A DNA stretch of 64,000 bases from an uncultured Acidobacteriota bacterium (GTDB lineage: Bacteria > Acidobacteriota > Vicinamibacteria > Vicinamibacterales > 2-12-FULL-66-21): positions 467,543-531,542 of the forward strand of contig CAWGBU010000008.1 in assembly GCA_963820905.1 (NCBI GenBank), read 5' to 3'. Shown in pieces: positions 30,550 to 40,796 of the stretch (its first letter is position 1; each line of letters begins with the position of its first letter). The notes beneath the pieces are model-generated. The model did no database searches and was not told the origin of the DNA. It saw nothing but the letters and a program-made list of their open reading frames with translations. Both the position numbers and the translations under genes were made by a program.

Positions 30550-32241
30550 ATGCGCGATAGGGGTGTCGGAGACGACGATTCGAAAATAGCAGAGATTCTT
30601 CGAGGAGGGCGCGAGGAGGGTGCTCTTCACCCGCACTTCTATTGTACGACGCCCGTCAAGGAAGAAACAGACTGGAAGGTCACCGGGCGCTGCGGTAGAT
30701 TCGCCAGCCTGTCAAATCAACTCATTCATCGGCTCGCACAGCTGGCTCCACGGCTGCAACCCGAGATGCTGCATCGCGTCATCAGTGCGTACGGGCTCGA
30801 GGATTGCGCCGAGCTTGTCGCGCAGGCGACGCCGGCGCAGCTCTCACAGGTCTTCGATCTCGACTTGTGGCGCCCCGCAAGGCCCGGGCTCGACGAACGG
30901 TTCGACGCGGAGCGCTTTGGTGTCTGGATCGAAGTCCTGGTGGAAGCCGGCGCCGATCTCGCGGCAGAGAAGCTCTCGCAGATGCCGATCGAGCAGCTGA
31001 TCGCCGGCTTCGCGCATCACGCGCGAGTGTTCGATATGTCGGCGATCGCCGCCTACGAAACGACCGACGGCGAGCGGATCGAATCGCGCGCCGTGGGCGA
31101 TGAGCTCGCCTGCGAGATTGGCGGATATCACGTCGCCGCGCGACGCGAGGATGCGTGGGACGCGATCGTCGCCGTGCTGTCGTCGCTCGCTGCTCAGCAT
31201 CGCAATCGCTTCGACGAGCTGATGGGCGCCCTTCGATCGCTCTCGAACTCGAAGCGCGAGCTCGATGGCCTGGACTCGCTCCTCGAGAGCAGCGGCCAGA
31301 TGATGTTCGAGGTCGCAGACGAGCGTGAGCAACGGCGCGAGAAGCACGGATTCGCCTCACCTGCGGAGGCACGCGCATTCCTGCAGATGTCGCGGAGTGT
31401 CCGTCCGGGGGCCGTGCCTCCACCGCCGAATCCACTCGCACGCGCGTACTTTCGCTCGATCGACAATTCGTCATCGGTTGATGAACGTCCTGCTCGTCAA
31501 GACGAGGCCGACGCCGAAGTAATGGAGCTGCTGACGGAGGCCGGCGTGCTGCCGCAGCAGGCGCCGCGAGGTCTGCTCACGGGTGCTCAGGATCCGTCAT
31601 CGAGCCGGTTGGCGCACATGCATCGCCACATGCGATTCGTGTTCGATCGCGATCAGGTCGCGTATGGAGAGCGGAACGCCGAGCTGGCCTACCTGACGAA
31701 CGTGCTGATGGCCGGATGTTCGATCCAGTCGCGGCCATTCACCGCGAAGGAGGCGTCCGACGCAGCGGTCGCGGTCTGCAACCTGGGACTCGCCAGATCA
31801 GCCCCTCTGCCGGATGACTATCTGCTCGGCCACGATCTGATCGGCGTCTTTCAGATCGGATGGACCGCCCTACATGAAGAGGTCGGCATGTATGCCGCGA
31901 AGACGCTGATCGATGTGGTTGGCCGCATGCGATGTGCCGACGAAGAGGTTCAGGGCGCGCTCGAGGAGCTTCGTATCGCGATGATGCGACAGGTGCAGGC
32001 GGGAACACCGTGGCGCGCCGAGCCGTCACTCGACGTGATCGCGATCCTCGACCAGCCGGCGTGGGTGGCGCTGGTCGCGCTCATCGCCGAGTGTCCGGTG
32101 ATCCATGGCGCATTGACGGCGTCACTCGAGCGCCGCACGCGCGCGATCGATCCACACGCCTTCGTCTTCATCGCCGGCAACGCCGACATCGCGAAGGTCC
32201 GCGATTTCATGGGCGCGCTGCCACGCCTTCTTGGCGAATAG
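30550..32241 (+). CDS. hypothetical protein (large, acidic, helical); start uncertain
   Basis: The long ORF has coding-like composition. '...PRLQPEMLHRVISAYGLEDCAELVAQATPAQLSQVFDLDLW...' resembles an uncharacterised DUF family I cannot name with certainty. Confidence 0.5.
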   Translation: MRDRGVGDDDSKIAEILRGGREEGALHPHFYCTTPVKEETDWKVTGRCGRFASLSNQLIHRLAQLAPRLQPEMLHRVISAYGLEDCAELVAQATPAQLSQVFDLDLWRPARPGLDERFDAERFGVWIEVLVEAGADLAAEKLSQMPIEQLIAGFAHHARVFDMSAIAAYETTDGERIESRAVGDELACEIGGYHVAARREDAWDAIVAVLSSLAAQHRNRFDELMGALRSLSNSKRELDGLDSLLESSGQMMFEVADEREQRREKHGFASPAEARAFLQMSRSVRPGAVPPPPNPLARAYFRSIDNSSSVDERPARQDEADAEVMELLTEAGVLPQQAPRGLLTGAQDPSSSRLAHMHRHMRFVFDRDQVAYGERNAELAYLTNVLMAGCSIQSRPFTAKEASDAAVAVCNLGLARSAPLPDDYLLGHDLIGVFQIGWTALHEEVGMYAAKTLIDVVGRMRCADEEVQGALEELRIAMMRQVQAGTPWRAEPSLDVIAILDQPAWVALVALIAECPVIHGALTASLERRTRAIDPHAFVFIAGNADIAKVRDFMGALPRLLGE

Positions 32242-32243
32242 TC

Positions 32244-32345
32244 TGGACGCTGTAGTGTCCGGCTTCAGCCGGACCGGAATGGACGCTGTAGTGTCCGGCT
32301 TCAGCCGGACCGGAACGGGGTCCACCTGAAGGTGGACACTACAGC
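32244..32345. repeat. perfect 36-nt tandem duplication plus a third related hairpin (REP-like nested stem-loops)
   Basis: 32244-32279 and 32280-32315 are identical (tggacgctgtagtgtccggcttcagccggaccggaa). Each holds the hairpin gtccggc-ttca-gccggac. The third hairpin is gtccacc-tgaa-ggtggac (32320-32337). gctgtagtgtcc (32249 and 32285) is complementary to ggacactacagc (32334-32345). Confidence 0.9.
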
Positions 32346-32357
32346 AATCTGAAGAGG

Positions 32358-33612
32358 TCAGCCAGCCGCGGGGGTCCGGGCGGAGTACGGCGTCGCCCGC
32401 CGCATCGGCTGCCGCGTCCAATACGTGAGCGATCGCCAGAGCCATTCAGCCGGGCCGAAGCGGAAGCGTTCGAGCCAGATGGGACTGACGACGAGCTGGA
32501 AAGCCCAGATCGCGGCGACGATCATCAATTGCCCGGCGTAGTCGAACCGCCCGGCGAGCGCAAAGCCCCATCCGAGGAACAGAATCGACGTGACCACGCT
32601 CTGGAACAGGTAGTTGGAGAATGCCATCTGCCCGACCGCGGCGAGGGCGCGCCGGATCGGACCGAGCGCGCCAGACTTCACGACCAGGATCAGGGCCGCC
32701 GCGTAGCCGACGGAGGCGAAGACCGAACCAAAGTAGTTCCAGAGGTCGGCGGTCGTGCGTCCCGGCATCGTGAACCGAATGCGCTCGAGCTCGACGACCC
32801 CGCACCACGCGAGCGCGAGGCCGACGGGGATGCACACTCCCGCGACCAGCGCGTAGTCGCGAACCGGGCGCCGGCCGTCGAGGAAGCCCCACTTGTACAA
32901 CGCCATCCCCAGCAGCATCATGCCGCCGACGCGCCAGAAGAAGAAGGCGAGAAAGATGACCGTCTGGGTCAGCGCGACGAACGGGGCGCGATGCGCGACG
33001 ACGTGGGGGTAGCTTCCGAGCAGGTGGCCGAGCTGCTCCCGGGCCTGCTCCCGCGTAGGCATCCACAACTCGGCTTCCTGCATGCGGGCGGCCTCGGGCA
33101 TCGAGTCCCACAACCCGCCGATCACGATTGACAGCAGCGTGCCGACGACGAGGAATCCGACGGCTCCCGCAAAAAGCGCCCCGGCCGGAGAAGCGGCGCA
33201 CCCACCAGAGAAGCAGGATCCCGGTGAGCGCGTACGGCACGAGGATGTCGCCATTCCAAATCAGGTACGAGTGAACCAGGCCGATCACCAGAAGCCAGAA
33301 CATCCGCCGGAACCACAAGCCTCGCGGCGGAGCACCGGAATCGGTAGGCTTGGCCGCGTAGAGCAGCACGCCGGCGCCGAAGAGCATCGAGAAGAGGCCC
33401 ATCATCTTCAGGTCGAAGACGACGCTCGTGAATACGTAGGCCGCGCGGCTCGCGTCGGCGTACTCGAACAGCGCGTAGGGATACATGTAGGCGCTGAAGG
33501 GCGCGGCCATCGCCCGGATGTTCATCGCCAGGATGCCCAGGAGCGCAAAGCCGCGGAGCACGTCGAGCGACTCCAGCCGGTCGCTCGCGGAGACGGGGAC
33601 TGCCTGTGGCAT
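32358..33612 (-). pseudogene. DUF418 (YeiB-like) membrane protein, split by a frameshift near 33179-33182
   Basis: The N-terminal part (ORF 32446..33612) 'RLESLDVLRGFALLGILAMN...' is sensible up to 'LLLWWVRRFS'. It continues in the +1 frame (ORF 32358..33254) as 'PAGALFAGAVGFLVVG...QMAFSNYLFQS...GPAEWLWRSLTY'. The junction lies at a C4/G4 run. Confidence 0.7.
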
Positions 33613-33622
33613 GCGCGGCCAC

Positions 33623-34330
33623 TCATTTCTTCTTGAACGCGTCTTCGACCTGCTGCTTGATGCTCTTGTAGTTCCTGTCCAGGAGCCTCTCTTCCTCCTT
33701 GGTCAGGATTCGGAACGGCACGCGCACGAGGCTCTTCGGAAACTTCACGTTGAGCCAATGCTGGCCGTACGCGATGCCGCCTGGGACGTGGAAAAAGATC
33801 CGGCCGACGCAGGCGCGATCGGAGCTCACCTCGACCTCGTCCCACGTCATCGCGCCAGAGTCCAGATCGGCGAAGAAGCCGATGCGGCACGCCCGGTTCG
33901 CGCTCGGCGGGAAGTAGTTGATCGAGTCGCGCTGCACGTTCGCGCGGGCCTGCAGCGCGCTGGTGTTTGCGGAACGGTGCTCGTTCACAGTCGACAGCGG
34001 AATCGTTTTGCCGTCAGGCGTGTCGAGGGACAGGTCGGCGCGCGTCAGCTTGAAGCTCGGCGCCCGGTCGCGCACTGTGACGCCGATGTCGAGGAGCACC
34101 CACTGCTCGCCGATCGACCGATTGACCGGCTCGTATCCGAGGATCACGTACCCTTCGTTGTTGTACGCGGCCCGGACGAAGGCCCCCTCCATGGTCATGA
34201 TTTCCGGTACCCCCGGTTTGGGCAGCGCCACCGTGGGTTTCTCCTGTGTCTGAACGTCGATGGGAGCAACCGGAGCCCACACGACCAGCAGTCCGGCGAC
34301 GACGAGCGATCGTCCGAGTGTATTTCTCAT
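33623..34330 (-). CDS. secreted hypothetical protein
   Basis: Signal peptide 'MRNTLGRSLVVAGLLVVWAPVA', 235 aa. It lies 10 nt downstream of the DUF418 gene on the same strand. Confidence 0.5.
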   Translation of the reverse strand: MRNTLGRSLVVAGLLVVWAPVAPIDVQTQEKPTVALPKPGVPEIMTMEGAFVRAAYNNEGYVILGYEPVNRSIGEQWVLLDIGVTVRDRAPSFKLTRADLSLDTPDGKTIPLSTVNEHRSANTSALQARANVQRDSINYFPPSANRACRIGFFADLDSGAMTWDEVEVSSDRACVGRIFFHVPGGIAYGQHWLNVKFPKSLVRVPFRILTKEEERLLDRNYKSIKQQVEDAFKKK

Positions 34331-34583
34331 GGAACCTCCTCAGGATCCGTAAAGTTTTGAGAAGACGCAGTGACCTGGGCTGAGCACGGCAAGAACCGAG
34401 CCCAGCCATGATAGCTGGCAAACTGCGGCCCGCGCGACTCTTTGTGCTGTGACCCACAACCGGCCGTGAGCCCGGTGTGACGGGTTGTGACTCGTGCACC
34501 CGAGGAGGGCCGGTAAGGTTTTGCCAACGCGGGCGACTAATGGATGTAGCGGGTAACGGACGCCTGAGCGAGCAGAGGCTGGA

Positions 34584-35085
34584 TTGGACAAGACCCGTTT
34601 GGACGGCGACTTCCTGACGCTGTTGAACACGTCCCGCAGGGGCCATCGAACGCGTCGCCCGGACGTACACGTCGACCGCCGCCCAGCGCGAGGACCTCGT
34701 CCAGGAGATCGTGTATCAGCTGTGGCGGGCCTTTCCGTCGTACCGGAGAGAGGCGGCCGTGCTGACGTGGGTCTACAGAATTGCCATCAACACGGCGATT
34801 ACGGGGCTGCGTCGTCGCGCGCGTCAGCCGGTGCACGTGCAGCTCGACGCCGCCGTCGACGTCGTGTCACCGCGGACGCCGGCGGAGGGCGACGCACGCA
34901 CGGAAGTGCTCTATGAGGCGATCCGGCGGCTCGACGAAATCGATCGCGCGCTGATCATGTGCTACCTCGACGACCTCACCTACCGGGAGATCGGCGATGT
35001 GCTTGGCCTCTCGGAAACCAATGTCGGCGCGAGGCTGAGCAGGACGAAAGCCCGGTTGCAACACCTCGTCAGGACCCTGGAGTAG
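34584..35085 (+). pseudogene. ECF (sigma-70 family) RNA polymerase sigma factor, split by a frameshift at the G4 run 34639-34642
   Basis: A TTG start after 'gagg' gives 'MDKTRLDGDFLTLLNTSRRG'. The +1 frame then continues 'AIERVARTYTSTAAQREDLVQEIVYQLWRAF...WVYRIAINTAI' (region 2) and '...YREIGDVLGLSETNVGARLSRTKARL' (region 4). Confidence 0.75.
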
Positions 35086-35089
35086 TTCG

Positions 35090-35680
35090 ATGGACCTCGA
35101 CTCGATCAAGCAGTGCTGGCGAGAGGATGCGCAGTCCGTGCCGCCATCGCTGGAGGAGGAAACCGTGATGAGAATGCTCACGAACAGAGCGACAGATCTT
35201 CGACGGCACGTAAGGCGTCGCCTGCGACGCGAAGCGGGGTACTACGTGCCAATCGTAGCGGTGTCGGCGATGACCCTCGCGGGAGGATTCACCCTCAACC
35301 GGATACTGGCGGTCTGCACCCTCGCGGTCATGCTCGGCGGCGTGATGGCGACGCTCTGGTGGGTCGAGCGCCGCATCGAGGACACGCCGCTCGACAAGAG
35401 CCTTCGGGAGGCCCTGACCGATCTCGAGTCAAAGATAAATGCGGCGTGCCACGCCTATGTCGGGGTGTACGTGGCCTTTTTCGTGGCGTCGTCGGTCATC
35501 CTCCTTGGCTGGGTCTGGTGGCGAAACGGCGCAGGACCGCTGTTCGCGGGAGCCCTGGTCATTGCCGCCCTGGCCGTGACGTGGTCGTACCGCAGCGGAC
35601 TCGGATACGTCGAGCGGATGTTTCGACGCCACCGGGCGGACCTGTCCGAGTGCCTGCGTCAACTCAACGAGCAGCTGTAG
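35090..35680 (+). CDS. membrane protein, putative cognate anti-sigma factor
   Basis: It starts 5 nt after the sigma gene. It has about 55 cytoplasmic residues followed by four predicted TM helices. I recognise no motif, so the role is inferred from position only. Confidence 0.45.
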   Translation: MDLDSIKQCWREDAQSVPPSLEEETVMRMLTNRATDLRRHVRRRLRREAGYYVPIVAVSAMTLAGGFTLNRILAVCTLAVMLGGVMATLWWVERRIEDTPLDKSLREALTDLESKINAACHAYVGVYVAFFVASSVILLGWVWWRNGAGPLFAGALVIAALAVTWSYRSGLGYVERMFRRHRADLSECLRQLNEQL

Positions 35681-35934
35681 ATCGTGGCCCTGGATGTCGA
35701 ATCACCGCGAAGCACTAGGTCGATGGATCGCGGTCGCTGCACGCAGCTTGCAACCGGGACGCGGAGCGTTTTAAGCTCCGCGAGGCGCATCAGGGCGCCT
35801 CCGTGTCCGCGGGAAGGACTGCGTCCCCCTGAACCGGCAAGACCCGACCGTGAAGATGACCTTCTTTTCTGCCCGAGTGAGCGGACACCGGGCCATCGGC
35901 TGACGCCTGGCGCCGCCGGAAAAGGAGTTCATCC

Positions 35935-37561
35935 ATGCCCCGCAACACGCCGCCCACCCGTACGCTTCGCGACCGCCCGGACCTCGATCAACTCAAGCGG
36001 CAGGCCAGGGAACTGCTCGACGCGTTTCGCGCCGGGACTGCTGACGCTGTGAAGGAAGTGCACGCTCACTACCGGCAAGCCGACGCGTCGACCTTCGCTC
36101 TCCACGATGCGCAGCTCGTCATGGCGCGCGCGCATGGCTTCGAAAGCTGGCCAAGGCTGAAGGCATTTGTCGACGGCGATGACGGTTCGTCGACTCGTTG
36201 AAACCGTGCAGAGCGGCGATCTCGCCGTCGTGCGGTCGATGCTGACCGCTCGCCCCGAGCTGGTGCACCTGGATGTCGCGGAGAACGACGAGCATCGGGC
36301 GCTTCACCATGCCGTGCTGCACCGGCAGCCGGAAATCGTCCGCCTTCTGATGCAGCATGGCGCCGACGCGCGAAAAGGCATCTGGCCACACCGCGGGGCG
36401 ACCACGGCGTTCACGCTCGCCGTCGAGCGTGGCTACGACGAGATCGCAAAGATCATCGAGGAGGAAGAACGCCGCCGCTCCGAAGACGCTCCGCTCAGCG
36501 CGCTGCCGCCACCGGCTGCCGAAATGCTCCTCGGACGCGGTTCGGCAAGCACTGCTCGCGCCGCCATTACGACTGGAGATGCCGGCTGGCTGCGTGCGCA
36601 TCATGCTGACGGCATGCTCGAGAACGGCTACGGCCTCGTGAGCCATGCCGTCGCAGCCGATCGGCCCGACATGCTCGCGCTTCTGCTCGACCTGGGACTC
36701 GACCCCGACGAAGCCGGGCGAGTCGGCGGTGTGGAAGAAGTCGTGCCGACGTGGGGAGAGCCGCTGCGTACGTGCGCGATATCGGCCAGGGTGACGATGG
36801 CAGAGATTCTGTTGGCGCATGGCGCCAATGCCAACACCAATGTCTACGCGGCGAGCTCCGCGATGTACGAGGCGTACAAGAGGCGCGACGAATCGATGAT
36901 GGCCATCCTCGAGCGGCACGGTGGCCGGTTGACGGCAGTGGCCGTCGCGGAACTCGGCCTCGTGGAGCAGGCCGCAAGGCTTCTCGCCGACGACGCTGAA
37001 GGACGCGCGCCGGACGGCATCGCTGGGCCAGGGGCGAGCGTCGCGCAGGATCTCCTGTGGGGCGCCATCGAGAGTCCCTCGCCTGAGATCGTCACGCTGA
37101 CGCTCCGGGCAACCAGCTGGCCGCCGGACGATCCACGGTGGCACGGCATTCTGGAGAACGGACTGTACTTGTGTTCCGAGAGCGATCGTCCGCGTCACAT
37201 CGAAGCATTTCGTCTTGTGTTGGACCGGTGCGATCCGAATGTTCGAAGCAGGCGAGGCACGACGCTGGTCCATGATGTCGCGGCGTCGCGAGGCGGACTG
37301 ACGGCGAGCGACCGGATCGCGTACACGACGCTGCTGCTGGACCGAGGCGCGCGTCTCGATATCCGTGACGATCTGCTCCAGAGTACGGCGCTCGGCTGGG
37401 CGTGCCGTTGGCGCCGGCCGGAGATGGTGAAGCTGCTGCTCGAGCGCGGTGCGGATCCGATCGAAGCCGATGCGGAATCGTGGGCGACGCCGACAGCGTG
37501 GGCGAGAAAGATGGGACACACCGAGATCGCGGCGCTTCTGGAGGCGGCCCGCAGCCTGTGA
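35935..37561 (+). pseudogene. ankyrin-repeat protein, split by a frameshift at ~36178
   Basis: The N-terminal ORF (35935..36201) is '...LRDRPDLDQLKRQARELLDAF...SWPRLKAFVDG'. The +1 frame continues 'MTVRRLVETVQSGDLAVVRSML' with several 'ALHHAV..G..EIVRLLMQHGAD'-type ankyrin repeats. Two overlapping genes cannot be excluded. Confidence 0.7.
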
Positions 37562-37584
37562 ACTGCGCTGCTCCTCGAGCACTG

Positions 37585-39423
37585 TCAGCCGGTATGGCCG
37601 GCAGCCGAGAGCCGACGGTCGAGATCGAAGGCGGCGCTGATCAGCGCGAGGTGGGTGAATGCCTGCGGGAAGTTGCCGAGGTGCTGCGCCCGCGGGCCCA
37701 GTTCCTCGCCGTACAGTCCCAGGTGGTTCGCATAGCCGAGCATCTTCTCGAAAAAGAATCGCGCCTTTTGAAGGTCGCCCATGCGGGACAGGCACTCGAC
37801 GTACCAGAACGAGCACATCGAGAACGTCCCCTCCTGATCGGTGAGGCCGTCGGAGAATCCCCCATCGAGACTGTAGCGATAGACGAGGGAGTCGCTCACC
37901 AGCTCCCGCTCGATGCCGCCGAGCGTGGAGATCCAGCGCGGGTCGGTGGGGGAGATGAAACGCACGAGGGGCATGAGCAGCGCCGCGGCGTCGAACGTGG
38001 TCGCGCCCGGGTGCTGCATGAAGCCGCGGCGGGCCGGGTCCCAGAAGCGCTGGTAGATGTCGCGGTAGATCGCGTCCCGCACGTCGTACCAGCGTGAGAG
38101 CGGAGCCGGGAACGATCGCTTGTTCGCGAGGCGCATGGCGCGGTCGATCGCCACCCAGCACATCACCCGCGAGTGGAGGAACTCCTGGCGCCCGCCGCGC
38201 ACCTCCCAGATGCTTTCATCTTTTTCTCGCCAGTGCTCGCACACCCAGTCGATCAGCCGGGCGACGTTCATCCACGCGTCGTGTCCGATCGGAGAGCCGT
38301 ACTTGTCGTACAGGTACACCGAGTCCATCAGCTCGCCGTAGATGTCCAGCTGGAGGTGTGTATGGGCGGCGTTGCCGATGCGGACCGGCCGAGAGCCCAT
38401 GTAGCCCTCGAGGTGTGGCAGCGTCTCTTCGTCGATGACCCGCCTGCCGTCGAGGGCGTACATGATCTGAAGGGAGCCGTCGGGCTCCAGCTCTTCGCAG
38501 CGCGCCATTACCCAGCGCATGAAGGCCGCGGCCTCCCCGGTGTAGCCGAGCCGCATGAGCCCGTACAGGGTGAAGGACGAGTCGCGGATCCACGTGTAGC
38601 GGTAGTCCCAGTTGCGCCCGCCGCCGACGTGCTCGGGCAGCCCGAAGGTGGGCGCGGCCACGATCGATCCATGGTCCCTGGAGGTGAGCAGCTTCAGCAC
38701 GAGCGCGGAGCGGTTCACATGTTCGCGCCAGCGGGCCTTGTACGTGCTGCGGCCGATCCAGCGCCGCCAGAAGTTCACCGTTTCCTTGAACGCATCGGTC
38801 ACGTAGTCCGGCCGCGCGCTGGGCGAGGGCTCGTCCTCGATCGCCACCTCGAGGACGAACCACGCCGACTCGTCTGCGCGGAGCGTGAACTCGGCGACCG
38901 CGGCCCCATCCGCGACCTGCATCGGGACCGACGAGCGCAACCGCAGCGCCAGCTCGGACGCGCCGGCGCGGCCGAGGAACAGGACTTCCGTGTCGCTGCG
39001 GCGATCCACGGAGTGCGTCGCGCGCGCGTAGTCGAACCGTGGGTCGCAGCGCATCACGAAACGCACTTCGCCGCGGATCGTCTTCGCGCGACGCACGAGG
39101 TTGTGCGCGACGCCGGCATCCTCCACCGGCATGAAGTCGGATACCTCGGCGACTCCGGCGTCGGACAGGGACCTCGTCAGCAGGACGTTGGTATCGGGCA
39201 GGTAAAGCTGCTTCTGCACCGCGTCGTCGAGCTGGGGCGCGATCTGAAACCGTCCGCCGCGATCGGCGTCGAGGAGCGCCGCGAACACCGAGGGCGAGTC
39301 GAACGCCGGGAGGCACAGAAAGTCGATCGACCCAGCCTTGCTCACGAGCGCCACCGTGTGGAGGTCGCCGATGATGCCGTAGTCCTCGATGGGTGCGTAG
39401 CGCTGCAAATTGCGAGTATCCAC
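37585..39423 (-). CDS. glycoside hydrolase family 15 (glucoamylase/trehalase-like)
   Basis: 612 aa. 'IEDYGIIGDLHTVALVSKAGSIDFLCLPAFDSPSVFAALLD', 'NWDYRYTWIRDSSFT' and 'FPQAFTHLALI' are hallmark GH15 segments. Confidence 0.85.
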   Translation of the reverse strand: MDTRNLQRYAPIEDYGIIGDLHTVALVSKAGSIDFLCLPAFDSPSVFAALLDADRGGRFQIAPQLDDAVQKQLYLPDTNVLLTRSLSDAGVAEVSDFMPVEDAGVAHNLVRRAKTIRGEVRFVMRCDPRFDYARATHSVDRRSDTEVLFLGRAGASELALRLRSSVPMQVADGAAVAEFTLRADESAWFVLEVAIEDEPSPSARPDYVTDAFKETVNFWRRWIGRSTYKARWREHVNRSALVLKLLTSRDHGSIVAAPTFGLPEHVGGGRNWDYRYTWIRDSSFTLYGLMRLGYTGEAAAFMRWVMARCEELEPDGSLQIMYALDGRRVIDEETLPHLEGYMGSRPVRIGNAAHTHLQLDIYGELMDSVYLYDKYGSPIGHDAWMNVARLIDWVCEHWREKDESIWEVRGGRQEFLHSRVMCWVAIDRAMRLANKRSFPAPLSRWYDVRDAIYRDIYQRFWDPARRGFMQHPGATTFDAAALLMPLVRFISPTDPRWISTLGGIERELVSDSLVYRYSLDGGFSDGLTDQEGTFSMCSFWYVECLSRMGDLQKARFFFEKMLGYANHLGLYGEELGPRAQHLGNFPQAFTHLALISAAFDLDRRLSAAGHTG

Positions 39424-39433
39424 TGCGGCGTGA

Positions 39434-40027
39434 CTACCGATCCAGGGACAGGCCGGACTCGCCGGACCGCGCCGCGGCCGACGGCAGGTAGTCGTCGATG
39501 GCGCCGACGAGGAGCACCTCGGCGCCGTCGGTCGTGGTGATCTCGCCGTGATCGGAGTCCTCGTCAGCGTGATGGAAATCCCCGGCGCGCAGCACGCGGC
39601 CGTCGATCACCACCGACCCGCTGATCACGAAGCACTCTTCCGGTCCGTGGTGCTTGTGCGACGGATAGACAGCGCCCGGCTCGGCGCGAAGGACCAGCGT
39701 GACGAGCGATCGCATCTTGTCCACGGCCAGGACCCGGGCACGGATGCCGGGCAGCCCGGTGTCGGTCCACGCGGCGTCGGCCGCCCATACGGTGTAGGTC
39801 GAGGGCGTGCGCGCCGCGGCGAGCAGACGCTCGCGCGCGCGCGGGGGAGGCTCCGAGGGCGGAAGGCTCAACGCCACCGCCGTCGCGGCGTCGTACAGGC
39901 GGGCGACCTCGGATCGTTGTTCCAGCGTCAGCGTTTCGAGACGGGCCTGCAGCTCCACGTGCTCGTCAGGGTCGAGCGCGCCGACCGAATCGGCCAGGAC
40001 GAGAGCCTCGAGCTCGTGGGGGATCAT
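39434..40027 (-). CDS. putative cytoplasmic anti-sigma factor with a C-terminal cupin (ChrR-like) domain
   Basis: The ATG at 40027 overlaps the sigma gene stop as ATGA. The N-terminus 'LEALVLADSVGALDPDEHVELQARL' resembles anti-sigma-K-type helices. The C-terminus 'YPSHKHHGPEECFVISGSVVIDGRVLRAGDFHH' is a cupin. No TM segment is present. Confidence 0.6.
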   Translation of the reverse strand: MIPHELEALVLADSVGALDPDEHVELQARLETLTLEQRSEVARLYDAATAVALSLPPSEPPPRARERLLAAARTPSTYTVWAADAAWTDTGLPGIRARVLAVDKMRSLVTLVLRAEPGAVYPSHKHHGPEECFVISGSVVIDGRVLRAGDFHHADEDSDHGEITTTDGAEVLLVGAIDDYLPSAAARSGESGLSLDR

Positions 40028-40608
40028 ATGACCTGCTCCAGGCGGGCCCGCATCGCAATCAGGCCCGTTCGGATGCGCGTCTTCACCGTGCCCAGCGGCA
40101 CGCCGAACCGGGTCGCGAGCTCGCTCTGGGTGTAGCCCTCGAAGAACGCCGCTTCGATGAGCGTCCTTTGTGAGGGCGTGAGCGTGGCCAGCGCCGTCCG
40201 CACCGCGCCGGCCGTCGTGCGCCCCTCGAGAAGCGTCTCTGGTGTGTCGCGCGTGACCGGCTCCGCCGAACGAGGCGCGTCGTCGGCGGCGGGGACTGCG
40301 GGTTCGATCGCGACGTTCTCTCGGACGCGGCGGGCGCGCAGACGGTCGATGGCGCGATTTCTCGCGATGCGCGCCAGCCACGTGGCCGGCGAACCCAGCA
40401 ACGGGTTGTAGGTTTCGGCGCGCGACCACACGCGCACGAAGGTTTCCTGCAGCACGTCTTCGGCGTCCGACAGGCTGCCCAGTATGCGTACGATGACAGT
40501 GTAGGCGAGGCGACTGTGCCGGTCGTAGAACTCTGCCAGCGCCGTTTCGTCGCGGGTGGCGATGCGCTGGAGGAGATCGGCGTCGACCTCGGAACTGCTG
40601 GATTCCAC
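40024..40608 (-). CDS. ECF RNA polymerase sigma factor
   Basis: GTG at 40608. 'LLQRIATRDETALAEFYDRHSRLAYTVIVRIL...DAEDVLQETFVRVW' is region 2, and 'GYTQSELATRFGVPLGTVKTRIRTGL' is region 4. The ORF track extends much further upstream. Confidence 0.8.
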   Translation of the reverse strand: MESSSSEVDADLLQRIATRDETALAEFYDRHSRLAYTVIVRILGSLSDAEDVLQETFVRVWSRAETYNPLLGSPATWLARIARNRAIDRLRARRVRENVAIEPAVPAADDAPRSAEPVTRDTPETLLEGRTTAGAVRTALATLTPSQRTLIEAAFFEGYTQSELATRFGVPLGTVKTRIRTGLIAMRARLEQVI

Positions 40609-40796
40609 GGTTAACCTACCATTGCATAGCGCTCGAGACCGCCGCAAGCGCGGCCGTTCGGACGCGTGCGAACGTCGCGGCGCGCCGGACCGGGATGGAG
40701 CATGAACCGAGGGTGGGCACCCCGCCAGCGGCATATTCAACGAACTACGGCTGCCGCAGCCGTTTGGATTGCGGAAGCGGCGCCGTATTCTGATCG

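Noticed and set aside
32122-32445. 107-aa ORF containing a duplicated 'PVRLKPDTTAS' segment
   Set aside because: It is simply the translation of the 36-nt tandem intergenic repeat. The same applies to the ORFs crossing the heptamer arrays (11332..11565, 11339..11626 and 19211..19969).
36119-38161. 680-aa ORF on the minus strand
   Set aside because: It is R/P/A-rich low-complexity sequence with no motif. It lies antisense to the ankyrin gene and out of frame over the GH15 gene. This is a typical shadow ORF of high-GC DNA.
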